A stretch of DNA of 64,000 nt from Candidatus Micrarchaeota archaeon (lineage in GTDB: Archaea > Micrarchaeota > Micrarchaeia > Norongarragalinales > SBBD01): NCBI GenBank assembly GCA_043806595.1, contig JAZDGU010000018.1, positions 10,284 to 74,283 on the forward strand, read 5' to 3'. The number at the start of each line of letters is the position of its first letter. The stretch's first letter is position 1. Shown piece after piece: positions 19,388 to 28,580 of the stretch. A program made the translations under genes and the position numbers. The notes below the pieces were generated by a model. That model worked only from the letters and a program-made list of their open reading frames with translations. It was not told the origin of the DNA and made no database searches.

Positions 19388-20254
19388 CTACCAAACGAAG
19401 GGAACCATGCGCCAGCGCACCTTCCTGCAGTATTCCTTGTAGCCCTTCAGCCCGCGGAGCAGAACCTTCTCCTCGTTCAGCGTACGGAAGTAGAGCACGC
19501 CCATGAGCGGCAGCACGGCGAGGAAGCCCCAGTAGGACCCCAGCGCGAGCGGCGAGAGCCCGTAGATGATAAGCACAGCGGTATACATCGGGTGGCGGAC
19601 CACGGCGTAAGGCCCCGTGGAGATGACCTTCTGGCCCTTCTGCACCTCGACGATGCGGGACAGGAAGCTGTTCTCCTTCATGACGAGGAAGAACATGAAG
19701 TAGCCGATGAGCACCAGCAGGTTGGAAAGCAGGACGACTTCCACGGGCACCTGCGACAAGCCGAACCGGTAGTCCAGTCCGGGCACGATGAACGCCGCGA
19801 CAAACCAAAGATAGCTGAATTTGACCAAGGTCTCCTGCTCTGTGACCTTCTCCTTCATGCGCAGGCGGCGCTCGAGCAGCATGGGGTCGCGCTTGAGGAA
19901 GTACGCGACGACGAAGGCCATGGGCACGAGGAGCACGGCCATGTAGAGCCACGCCTGCCAGTAGCACAGGGAGCCCGCTGGTATGAAAAAGAGAGCGCCG
20001 AGCGCGAAGGGCGCGAGGCCGAACCTCACCAGCGCCTTGCGCTTCAGCGCCGCCCTATCGACTTTTTCTCCCGCCGGCATTTTTCCTCCCCCCTTCACGC
20101 CTTTCCTGAATACGGGCCGCAGGAAGAAGAGGAAGAAGGCGAAGAACGCGTAATACAGCGGCTCGTTCAAGGAATAGCCAAGCATACCAAGGAACCCGAG
20201 GCAGCCCCAGTACCAGTCGGCTTCCATCTTCATGGTCCCCACTGGTATAACCAC
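19388..20254 (-). CDS. Isoprenylcysteine carboxyl methyltransferase family protein (internal start 20080) with DUF3796-like leader
   Basis: ENSFLSRIVEVQKGQKVISTGPYAVVRHPMY, EEKVL, GYKEYCRKVRWRMVPFVW. Confidence 0.85.
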   Translation of the reverse strand: MVIPVGTMKMEADWYWGCLGFLGMLGYSLNEPLYYAFFAFFLFFLRPVFRKGVKGGGKMPAGEKVDRAALKRKALVRFGLAPFALGALFFIPAGSLCYWQAWLYMAVLLVPMAFVVAYFLKRDPMLLERRLRMKEKVTEQETLVKFSYLWFVAAFIVPGLDYRFGLSQVPVEVVLLSNLLVLIGYFMFFLVMKENSFLSRIVEVQKGQKVISTGPYAVVRHPMYTAVLIIYGLSPLALGSYWGFLAVLPLMGVLYFRTLNEEKVLLRGLKGYKEYCRKVRWRMVPFVW

Positions 20255-20293
20255 CGGCGCGGCAAATAAAAGGCTGACGGATTGCCGGGCAGG

Positions 20294-20947
20294 CTAGCCT
20301 GCGCGTTCCGGCCTCTTCAAGTGGAACACATCGAAATGCATGGTGTTGCAGGAGACATCGGCCTCGAATTCGCCTTCGTGGCTGACAGGCATGCCGACCT
20401 TCCATTCGAGGGGATTGTGACTTCCGTCCTTGTGCACGTGGAATGCGAGCACTCCGCCTTGCGAGAGCTTGGAAGCGAGCCGTCTTACGGTCTCCAACGG
20501 ATTGCCGGCGTGAGACACCGCGCCGAAGTGGTCGTAGATGACGTCGAAGCGCCTGCGGATGATGGTGCGGTCGAAAGCGTTCGCGGAAAGGTTGTGCAGT
20601 CTTACTCCGCTTCCCTCGTGCTTTTCGATGAACGCCTTCCAGTCCCTTCCCGGCTTCGTCAGGTGCAGGCCGTGGACCTCGAGCCTTCCCTCCCGGATTT
20701 CCCCGGCGAATCTTTTGGCGATTTCCCTTGCCGCAGTCGCTCTTTCGCCGCATCCGCTGTCGAGAACCAGCACCTTCCTACCCGTGCCCTGCCTTTGCTC
20801 AAGCAGATTCCGGATCCTCCAGACAATGTCGAGCTTGAGAGCCCCGGACACGTCTGCGAGGGACGAGTTGTTCGCCCAGTAGTGGACGAGTCCGCTGCGC
20901 GCCTTATCGGCGTCGGCGTCCTTGTCCTTCCGCTTGCCTCCTGCCAT
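20294..20947 (-). CDS. Class I SAM-dependent methyltransferase-like protein
   Basis: VLVLDSGCG motif I, FDVIYD, LSQGGVL. Confidence 0.6.
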   Translation of the reverse strand: MAGGKRKDKDADADKARSGLVHYWANNSSLADVSGALKLDIVWRIRNLLEQRQGTGRKVLVLDSGCGERATAAREIAKRFAGEIREGRLEVHGLHLTKPGRDWKAFIEKHEGSGVRLHNLSANAFDRTIIRRRFDVIYDHFGAVSHAGNPLETVRRLASKLSQGGVLAFHVHKDGSHNPLEWKVGMPVSHEGEFEADVSCNTMHFDVFHLKRPERAG

Positions 20948-21064
20948 GAAGTTCTTCCGCGCAGCGCGTTTTAATATCCCTGCGTATCCAAGAGGATTCT
21001 GATTCCCTTGCGCCGGAATAAACTGCCCTAAACCGCTTATTCCACCGTGTCCTGCGCCTGCCCT

Positions 21065-21307
21065 TCACTTCCTCCACGCCAGCACGACGGGCGCCGCGAG
21101 CAATATCACGAACGGCCAGAACAGCCACGAATGCAGCTGGAACGCGAGCGGCTTCGTGAGCAGCCCCAGAGTCGCTGCCGTCACCTCCTGGCTGTTGGTT
21201 TTCCCGAGCCCGCTCGCCAGATACGCCAATGTTGCCGCGGCAAGCGTCCATCGGACCGGCTTCTTCAATCCGTTGCCCGCGCCTTCCTTTGCCCGCTTTC
21301 CCGCCAT
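21065..21307 (-). CDS. Small membrane protein, likely partner of the upstream molybdoenzyme
   Basis: YLASGLG...TLGLLTKPLAFQLH; directly downstream and co-oriented. Confidence 0.55.
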   Translation of the reverse strand: MAGKRAKEGAGNGLKKPVRWTLAAATLAYLASGLGKTNSQEVTAATLGLLTKPLAFQLHSWLFWPFVILLAAPVVLAWRK

Positions 21308-21316
21308 GCCTTATTT

Positions 21317-22198
21317 TCACCCTATGAAGCTTCCGTTGAGGTCGCCTTCCTTGGCGTAACCCCTGCTCTCCCAGTAGCCCTTGTAGCCCGCGTCGGCGGA
21401 GACTTCGATGCCCGTCACCCACTTGATTCACTTGTAGCCCCACTTGCTCTCCGCGACGAGCTGGAAGGGAAAGCCCGTCTTCGGCGAGAGCGTCAGGTTG
21501 TCCTGCTTGTACGCCAGCAGGATGCCACCGTTGTTGCCAGAGTCGAAGTATTCCAGCGGGAACGACGTCGTATACCCGTCCGCGGCACGGAATATCCCGG
21601 TATTCGGGCCCGTAGTGGGCACGCCTGCTTGTGCAATCAAATCCTTCACCAGCACCCCCTTCCCACAACAGCCGTGCGGACCATCCTTCGACGCAGTCCA
21701 ACTGTACGACCTTCGAGTAATGCGGCAGCGCCGCGGCATCACCAACCACTTCGTCGTATGTGAGGTTCACAGGCTCCGCCACCAGCCCGTAGATTTGCAG
21801 CCGGTACGCCCCGCGGTCGACGTATTGCGGCCCCTTGATGCTGTTCTCCCGCAACACGCTTGGCGCATCCAGCCGTGTCCCGTTGTACGCAAGGACGATG
21901 GTCTCGTTGAGCGTCATGGGCATTGACGGAATCTGGCCAGCAGGAGAATTTCCCCCGCGCCAGACTCCTGGAATCATCTGGCCTTCCATTCGCGGCCGTT
22001 GTATGTAGGCATACCAGACGAGGAAGAGGAGTCTCGCGAGCATGATAGCCGAAATTACCGCCATTGCCGTTGTAATAGAAATTGGTGAGGCTTGCGGGGC
22101 AGGAGAGGATTGCGAGCTTAGAGCCGCAGGAGATCTTGGTTGGGCGGCCGCCGCATGTGATGTTTTCCTGGACTTTTCGTCTTTTTGGCGCGTGGCAT
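21317..22198 (-). pseudogene. Molybdopterin-dependent oxidoreductase (sulfite oxidase/MsrP-like) pseudogene
   Basis: YRLQIYGLV, LDCVEGWS, WEG|VLVKDL (+1 G at 21655-21659), ADGYTTS, GFPFQLV, GYK*IKWV (TGA at 21428-21430), GYWESRGY. Confidence 0.85.
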
Positions 22199-22419
22199 GG
22201 ACGGGTTGGGCCGGGACGAACGTATAAAGAAGAGGTTTAAGCCGTAAAGGCATCGCTGCGAGCAACACCATCGTCCTCCAGTCCGCAAAGGCAAGGCGCA
22301 AGCGTTTCCCGACCACGGGCAAAGGACTTCGCGATACTGGGGGTGGCAACGATGATAATCACGTGCGCGCTCGTGCTGGCATGGATGGCGGTTGTGGGAT
22401 GGGTTTCGTGATTGATTAG

Positions 22420-24267
22420 CTAAGGCCGGATTTTCGATCGGAAATAGTTTTCAGTATTCTTATCCATAAAATAGACGTAACAACCCTTATGTGCTCTTGA
22501 CATTAACACTCGGTAAACGTTTTGAAGATGTTGAGTGAATTTTGAGTTATTTCTTTTTACCATATTATCAAAAGACTTGTCAGGATTGCTCTTCCATTTT
22601 CCAAGTTTGGGTTCATAGACCAAGTCTTCTCCAAAAATTACCCCTATATAATCAAATTCGAATCCTTGGGCGGTATAAACCGTACCTACTTGCTGCATTC
22701 CGGTATCATCAGTTGCCCATTTCCAGAAATCATTCTTTTGTTCCCACGGCATTTTGAAATCCCCAATTACGACGTCATTAACCAAGCTTTTGTCTGGTTT
22801 GGGTTCGCTCCACCGCCAATTAAAACCTGCGACTATACGAGCGCAATTCTTTTTTTCCAGATTTTTCTGGTCTATTGCTGCCTTGAGATCAAGCGGGCTT
22901 GAGAAAATCTTGAAATCCATTCTTTCGTTCTTTTCCAGGAATTGTTTCTCCGTTTCTGTGATTCCGAGGATATTCTCAACCCATTGGAGGAACGAATCGG
23001 AGCCACTACACCGGAATTGAGTTTTTAGATCGAATTCAGAAATTTCTGCATCGAATTTCTTCGCTGAATCTCGAATTAATTGAGTACTTCCAACTTCATT
23101 TGGCCTCACTACCTGATGTTCATCGATAAAGAAAATAGACATCATTGCAGGTCTAATCAAATCGTTGATTTGCGGCTCCTTTGACCTGAATTGATTGGGA
23201 ACCCCGTAATTGTTGCTGTCTTTGCGAATACGGTGTGCCTCGTCGCAGATTAAGACGTCGATTTCATTATCTTGGTGTTTACTGAAACTGTAGAAGAACC
23301 TGAACCTGTCCTTGAGCCTCGAGCCCAAGATTTTTTGCAAAGTCTTTGTGAATGCCGACGATCCGGTTGCATGGTATGGGATTTTGTTCATAGACATGAG
23401 TTCGGCCATAACTTGGAGAGCAATTACCGATTTTCCAGTTCCCGGCCCTCCTTTAACTATTATTACTGATTTTTTTCCATCCTTTGCTAGCTTTTTGGCG
23501 TTATGCATTATTGCGTTATAGGCGACAATCTGATCGTCGATTAAATTGAAGACTTGCTGCTGATTTAGCATTTCTTTAGTGTGTTCGAGAAGTTTCTTGG
23601 ACGGCCTTATCGGCGAATAATTGAATTTCTTAAGAACTTCCGCACCATCGCCGTGGGATAATCTTTTTCTTATGTATTCTGAAAGGTTAGGGACCTCCTC
23701 CTTGAGAAAAACCGGATATTTCTGAATATCATTACGGAATTTTTCAGACTGCAGCAGATTATTTGATTTGTTCGTGTAATTGTGACAATATGCGCAACCG
23801 CTCAATTCCAATTTTCCATCTTCTTGGAAAGCGGTATTATAGTCGGTTAACCCGTAATAGTATCCTTCAACTTGAAGCGATGGATGGGGCTTGACTTCCC
23901 ATCCCCAACTGTATTCTACTTGTAGATTCCCGTCGGCTTCACAATCTCGGACCTTCTCGTTAGACCATTGTTTCAATTCTACCAAAACGACATTTCCTTT
24001 CTTAAGTTCATCCTCCCCGAAAACCATCACATCTATCCTTCGCGATGCGAATGGAAGTTCATATTCTACCGTCATCATGTTTTCGGACATCTTGGAATAC
24101 TCGAAAACGTTTTTCATGAAGTTTAGTGACACGTTCCAAGAATTAGCTTCCGATGAATTGACATTTCTACCATAATAGTCACGATATCGTTGTTTCATTT
24201 TGTCTACAAGAGAATTCTGAAGCATTTCTTGCGAAAAGTTCTGGATTGTTCCTTCGAATAGCCTCAT
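22420..24267 (-). CDS. DUF2075 (Schlafen group-3-like) helicase with N-terminal PD-(D/E)xK nuclease
   Basis: RRIDVMVFG...VELKQW, HPSLQV, GGPGTGKS, ICDEAHR, TQFRC, TAQGFEFDY, YRVLMSR; AT-rich. Confidence 0.88.
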   Translation of the reverse strand: MRLFEGTIQNFSQEMLQNSLVDKMKQRYRDYYGRNVNSSEANSWNVSLNFMKNVFEYSKMSENMMTVEYELPFASRRIDVMVFGEDELKKGNVVLVELKQWSNEKVRDCEADGNLQVEYSWGWEVKPHPSLQVEGYYYGLTDYNTAFQEDGKLELSGCAYCHNYTNKSNNLLQSEKFRNDIQKYPVFLKEEVPNLSEYIRKRLSHGDGAEVLKKFNYSPIRPSKKLLEHTKEMLNQQQVFNLIDDQIVAYNAIMHNAKKLAKDGKKSVIIVKGGPGTGKSVIALQVMAELMSMNKIPYHATGSSAFTKTLQKILGSRLKDRFRFFYSFSKHQDNEIDVLICDEAHRIRKDSNNYGVPNQFRSKEPQINDLIRPAMMSIFFIDEHQVVRPNEVGSTQLIRDSAKKFDAEISEFDLKTQFRCSGSDSFLQWVENILGITETEKQFLEKNERMDFKIFSSPLDLKAAIDQKNLEKKNCARIVAGFNWRWSEPKPDKSLVNDVVIGDFKMPWEQKNDFWKWATDDTGMQQVGTVYTAQGFEFDYIGVIFGEDLVYEPKLGKWKSNPDKSFDNMVKRNNSKFTQHLQNVYRVLMSRAHKGCYVYFMDKNTENYFRSKIRP

Positions 24268-24273
24268 AAGAAT

Positions 24274-24639
24274 CTACAACTCATTATATTTTTTATTTGA
24301 ACCGCGTGATTTCTCGATTGGATACTTTTTCTCATTCTTTTCCATCTTCTTTTCAAGAGCCGATGCAAGGTCGATGTCGTATTTCTGGGCTAGCCTGAGC
24401 AGGAAGTAGAGCACGTCGGCCATTTCTTCGGAGATTTCCTCCTTCTTGTCGGCGTTAGCAAACATTTCCTCGATTTCCTTATCGGATTTGAAGCGAAAGT
24501 GCTCCAAAAGCTCCGAGGATTCGGTAGTGACGCCGATGGCTAGGTCTTTGGCACCGTGGTATTGGTCCCAGTCGCGTTCTTCGCAGAACTGCCTGACCTT
24601 AACCTTCAACTCATGAAGGCTAGTCTTGTCGTCCGTCAT
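24274..24639 (-). CDS. MazG-like nucleotide pyrophosphohydrolase
   Basis: FCEERDWDQYH, ESSELLEHF, EEMADVLYFL, KMEKNEKKYP. Confidence 0.92.
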   Translation of the reverse strand: MTDDKTSLHELKVKVRQFCEERDWDQYHGAKDLAIGVTTESSELLEHFRFKSDKEIEEMFANADKKEEISEEMADVLYFLLRLAQKYDIDLASALEKKMEKNEKKYPIEKSRGSNKKYNEL

Positions 24640-24694
24640 CAATGCCCCCATCGGTTTCTCTTTAATATTGTTGAATGAATCGGTTTTTATTAAT

Positions 24695-25384
24695 TCATTC
24701 AATCTTTGCCCGCTTTTGAAGATTATGTCGTGCGCATAATATTTGGATATTTTCGACAAGCAAAGACGTCCCTCCCTTCGAATAAGGAAGAACATGGTCA
24801 AAATGAAGATTATCTTTTCTGTGGCACTTTATACACTGTCCTTTATCCCTTTTCCAAACTTCAAGTTTAACATTAGACGGAATTAAACGAGAGTGTTCCA
24901 AATCGGTTGTATCTTCAATCTCTTTCCCTTCAGCAATCTCCAAACGAAACTTGAACACCTGCCGGCCATCACTGGCTTCTTGCCAAGCATTAACTAATCT
25001 AAACAACCCGTTGAAAACCCAAATTCCAGGCTTGAGCTTCTCATATACTTTAACGAGTTCTGGCTCCGGTTTATCATTCTTGCAACGGATCGCTGCGTCA
25101 TAAAATAGTAAATTTTGAGTTGGACTTCCGTCAGAATCGCGAGATGGTTGATCTACGGACTTTGGGTTGCCAGTTACTTCACGTCTTGAAATATCGTGGC
25201 CTTCATATATCAGCACTTTTCCGTTTTCTTCTACCCGGTCTGCATAGGGGGCGTTGGGTCGTAAACTCATTAAAATTACACTAACGTTGCGTCCCTTGAG
25301 ATGGAAATTCATTCCCCTTTGAAGGCTAGAACCTTCCTCTGAACACATTTCCCAATAAGAAATGACGTCTCCCGGTTTGATCAC
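24695..25384 (-). CDS. HNH endonuclease with N-terminal SRA/YDG-like domain
   Basis: YADRVE...LIYEGHD...N..L...VKVYEK...VFNGLFRL (SRA-like); RDKGQCIKC...HFDHVLPYSKGG...NIQILCARHN. Confidence 0.8.
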   Translation of the reverse strand: MIKPGDVISYWEMCSEEGSSLQRGMNFHLKGRNVSVILMSLRPNAPYADRVEENGKVLIYEGHDISRREVTGNPKSVDQPSRDSDGSPTQNLLFYDAAIRCKNDKPEPELVKVYEKLKPGIWVFNGLFRLVNAWQEASDGRQVFKFRLEIAEGKEIEDTTDLEHSRLIPSNVKLEVWKRDKGQCIKCHRKDNLHFDHVLPYSKGGTSLLVENIQILCARHNLQKRAKIE

Positions 25385-25588
25385 GCAAGCCCCCAAACAA
25401 TTTGTTGAGCTAGTACTTAAATACCATTTGACGACACTATTAGACTTTCCTTTCCCTTTTATTCCTCCTCTTCCCCTGCCTTCCCTGCCTCTCGCTTTCC
25501 TGCCGTAACCCTTCCCCCGGCCTTTTCTCCCCGCAGCGCTGGAACTGCGGAAGAAGGATGTGCAATCGTGTTGGGCGCATGCGTTGCC

Positions 25589-26959
25589 TTACATGTCCTG
25601 CAGGTCGAAGGCGAGGTAGCCCGCGTTGCGGAGCTTGTTCTTGCCAAAGATCTTTCTTGCAACCAGGCCAAGCCGCGGCTTGGACGCGAGCCCGTTCACG
25701 TAGCCTGCCTTGCGCTCAAGCGCCTTGAATTCCTTCAGGGGTTGCGTGACTTCCGCCCACTTGAATTCGAAGGCGTAAACTTTCTTGGCTGAGTCCTGCG
25801 CCATCAAGTCGATTTCGTACGCGTCCCTCCCCTTTTCGCCGCCCCCGATTTTTCCCCACTGCCGCCTTGCCTTGTACAACCCGAGCTTTCCGACGGCGAA
25901 TTCCCGCGCGGCATACTCGAAGGCCCTGCCCGAGTATGCGCCGAGGCTGCCCTTCACCGAAGAAATGAATCCGGGGTCCCTTGAGGCGTATTCCGAGTAA
26001 CGCCGGTTGATTGCGGTGAACCAGAAGCGCATGAGTGGGTGCTTGAGGCGGTATGCGCCGCGCTTGCCGGAGAAAGGCATTTCCAGTTCGATGAGCTCGA
26101 AGTAGTCCTTGAGCTCGTTCACCTGCCGCGTTATGGACGTGGAAGGCGTGTTCAAGGACGCGGCGATGGAAGAAAGGGTGTTGCTTCCGTCGGCAATCGC
26201 CTGCAGGATGGAGTAGTACGTGCCGCTCCTTCCCCCAAATTCCTGGGACAGGATGCCCGTCACCTCGTCTTCGAGGGGCGCGTTCTTGGCCAACAGGAGC
26301 GCGTCGATGATTTGTGCCGCGGTCTTTCCTTGCAGGCCGTAGTCTTCGGCCGCGACGTAGTATTTGGGGTAGCCGCCGAACACGCCGTAGAGTTCGACCA
26401 AGTCCTCCTTGCGGAGGGAAAGCTCATTGCCGAAGTCGAAGCACGACGAGAGGGATAGGGGCTCCAACCTCCAGTTTTTCTTCACCCGCCCGTAAAGGGG
26501 CTCCTTGGCGTCCTGGAAGGCGCTCTTCATCAGCCCGATCAGCGAGCCGGATAGGACGACAAGGCCCGGCGAGCCCTCGTTCAAGTCGATTGCCTTTTGG
26601 AAGGCGCCGAATGCGGCTGGCTCGACGGAATTGAAGTTCTGGAACTCGTCGAATACGACTACGCCGGGGTTGCGTTTCACGAGCGCATCGGCGAACTGGT
26701 CCCACGAATGCACGGATTCCAGCGCGCCAAGCGCGCCGTGCTTGCGTAGGATTTCCTGGAATTCCTTGAGCAGCTCGCCCGACGGCTTGTTCTTGTTTAC
26801 AAAAAAATACGCGCCCCGGTCTTTGAGGAATTCCACCAGCAGCCGGGTCTTCCCGACCCGCCGCAGCCCGTACAGTGCGACGATGAAAAGCTTTTTCCTT
26901 GAAAGCGTTTCGAGTTCCCTTAGTTCCTCAAGTTCCGCGCCCCTATCCACAAACTTCAT
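25589..26959 (-). CDS. Archaeal ATPase (COG1672; ATPase-wHTH-DUF234 nuclease-like)
   Basis: MKFVDRGAEL, YGLRRVGKT, VFDEFQ, LSGS, GGYPKY, FWF, EIDL...FEFKW. Confidence 0.9.
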   Translation of the reverse strand: MKFVDRGAELEELRELETLSRKKLFIVALYGLRRVGKTRLLVEFLKDRGAYFFVNKNKPSGELLKEFQEILRKHGALGALESVHSWDQFADALVKRNPGVVVFDEFQNFNSVEPAAFGAFQKAIDLNEGSPGLVVLSGSLIGLMKSAFQDAKEPLYGRVKKNWRLEPLSLSSCFDFGNELSLRKEDLVELYGVFGGYPKYYVAAEDYGLQGKTAAQIIDALLLAKNAPLEDEVTGILSQEFGGRSGTYYSILQAIADGSNTLSSIAASLNTPSTSITRQVNELKDYFELIELEMPFSGKRGAYRLKHPLMRFWFTAINRRYSEYASRDPGFISSVKGSLGAYSGRAFEYAAREFAVGKLGLYKARRQWGKIGGGEKGRDAYEIDLMAQDSAKKVYAFEFKWAEVTQPLKEFKALERKAGYVNGLASKPRLGLVARKIFGKNKLRNAGYLAFDLQDM

Positions 26960-26962
26960 AAG

Positions 26963-26994
26963 TATTCACCAAGTGAATAATTCAGTAACTGAAT
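26963..26994. promoter_or_regulatory. Tandem palindromic operator between TATA box and ATPase start
   Basis: TATTCAC-CAA-GTGAATA directly followed by ATTCAG-TAA-CTGAAT. Confidence 0.65.
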
Positions 26995-27084
26995 ATGTTT
27001 ATAAGGTTTTCGGCTTGTAGGCTGGCAGGCCACTACAAGCTTGTAGGAATTATACTCTTTTCGGAACCGCGTTTCCGGTGCAAT

Positions 27085-27534
27085 TCAGAGGTGGACAATT
27101 TCCAAGCCGGCGCTGAAATCCTTCTTCAGTCTCTCGGCGAGGATGCTGCGGTGGCATTCGCTTGCCTTGGCTTCCATGCACAACAGGCAGGCTTTCTTCT
27201 CCCGAACCAAATCGGAAAGGTCCGACAGGTTGCCGTTTAAGTAGTCTAGGTGCTTGGAATAGCCGATAAAGAATTCATCGTAGTCCCACGCCTGCGCGAG
27301 TTCGTTGCGCAAGGCCTTGGGAGCGCCCCATTTCGAGTCGTGGGCGTATTCGATGCCCGCTTTTTCAATGGCATTCTTGAGATTGGACTTGCAGAAGCCT
27401 TTCTTGTGACTCCAAGGCAGCTGGCGGCTGTCGACCAAAACCTCGACCTTATTATCAACAAGGGACTGCGTGAGTTGCTCCAGCGTTTTCCCTTGGTATC
27501 CAATAGTATACAAACGCATTACGGCCTCTCCCAT
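27085..27534 (-). CDS. DUF488 family protein
   Basis: LYTIGY, LVDSR..PWS..GF, LLCME...CHRSILA. Confidence 0.9.
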   Translation of the reverse strand: MGEAVMRLYTIGYQGKTLEQLTQSLVDNKVEVLVDSRQLPWSHKKGFCKSNLKNAIEKAGIEYAHDSKWGAPKALRNELAQAWDYDEFFIGYSKHLDYLNGNLSDLSDLVREKKACLLCMEAKASECHRSILAERLKKDFSAGLEIVHL

Positions 27535-27624
27535 CGACCTCGAACCCTAAAATAAGGACACTTCCGGCGGTTTTAAAGCAATCGCCACGGGCCACGTTTA
27601 CGGTGATCATGCTCGGCCAGCATG

Positions 27625-28566
27625 CTACCTAACTGGCTTTGCCACCGCGCCCGCGTCGAGATCCTTCACCGACCTCCACACGAAGTATCCCAGGATCGAG
27701 AAGGTGCAGATTGGTGAGAACCAGTTCGGGACGTGCACGCCGAAGGCGTCCGCGAGCATGATGACGCCCAGCACTGCAATCGAATACATCGCGCCGTTCT
27801 TCAAGAACCTCATGTTCGTGATCCGGGTTATGTTGTGCACGGTCAGCTGCCGGACCACTAGCGCGCCGATGCCGTTGCCGACGAGGATGAGGGGGACCGA
27901 CAAGGTGAAGGCGAAAGAGCCGAGCACCGCGTCGACGCTGAAGGCGGTGTCGATGACCTCAAGGTAGAAAATCTTGCTCCAGTCGCTCATCGCGCCCCCC
28001 GACTTCGCCATGTCCGATTCCTTCTTCTCCGCGTATTCCTTGAAGCCGTGCGTGATGAAGAACAAGGTGGAGCCAACCGCGGCACCGAAGGCCATCAGCG
28101 GGTGCCGCTCGAGGGCAAGCCAGACGACTGCCGTAAGAAGCACGGAAACGACGGTATAGAACCACGCGCCGTGGCCCTCGAAGACGGGCTCCCAGAAGAA
28201 GGCGCGGTTCTTCTTCTGCAGGAACAGCCACTGGAAGAAGAGAAACAGGAGGAACACGCCGCCGGCGACGAGGAGCACGGGCTCGGACTCCTCGACCATC
28301 GCTGCAACCGCGGGGTCGTCGCTGAAGGCGAGCGTCAGCGAACCCCAGAGGCCCAGGCCGGGGTTAAGCGAGAACACTATCAGCCAAGGAAGCAGGCCGC
28401 GGACGAGGAACACGGCGACGAGCATGCCCCAGACGAGGAACCACCGGCGCGCCTTCTGCGACATCGTGGAGAGCACGTGCGCGTTGACTACCGCGTTGTC
28501 GACGGCTAAGACTATCTCGAAGAACGCCAGCCCGAGGACGGTGAGAAGAATCGAACCCAAATCCAT
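27625..28566 (-). CDS. DUF475 / TerC-like membrane protein
   Basis: EIVLAVDNAVVNA, FLVWGMLVAVFLVR, FYLEVIDTAFSVDAV, GNGIGALVVR. Confidence 0.88.
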   Translation of the reverse strand: MDLGSILLTVLGLAFFEIVLAVDNAVVNAHVLSTMSQKARRWFLVWGMLVAVFLVRGLLPWLIVFSLNPGLGLWGSLTLAFSDDPAVAAMVEESEPVLLVAGGVFLLFLFFQWLFLQKKNRAFFWEPVFEGHGAWFYTVVSVLLTAVVWLALERHPLMAFGAAVGSTLFFITHGFKEYAEKKESDMAKSGGAMSDWSKIFYLEVIDTAFSVDAVLGSFAFTLSVPLILVGNGIGALVVRQLTVHNITRITNMRFLKNGAMYSIAVLGVIMLADAFGVHVPNWFSPICTFSILGYFVWRSVKDLDAGAVAKPVR

Positions 28567-28580
28567 GGCGGGATAAAACC

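Noticed and set aside
21428..21430. In-frame TGA as Trp/Sec recoding
   Set aside because: The same gene also has a frameshift, and TGA ends many intact genes here (e.g. tldD, otsA, map).
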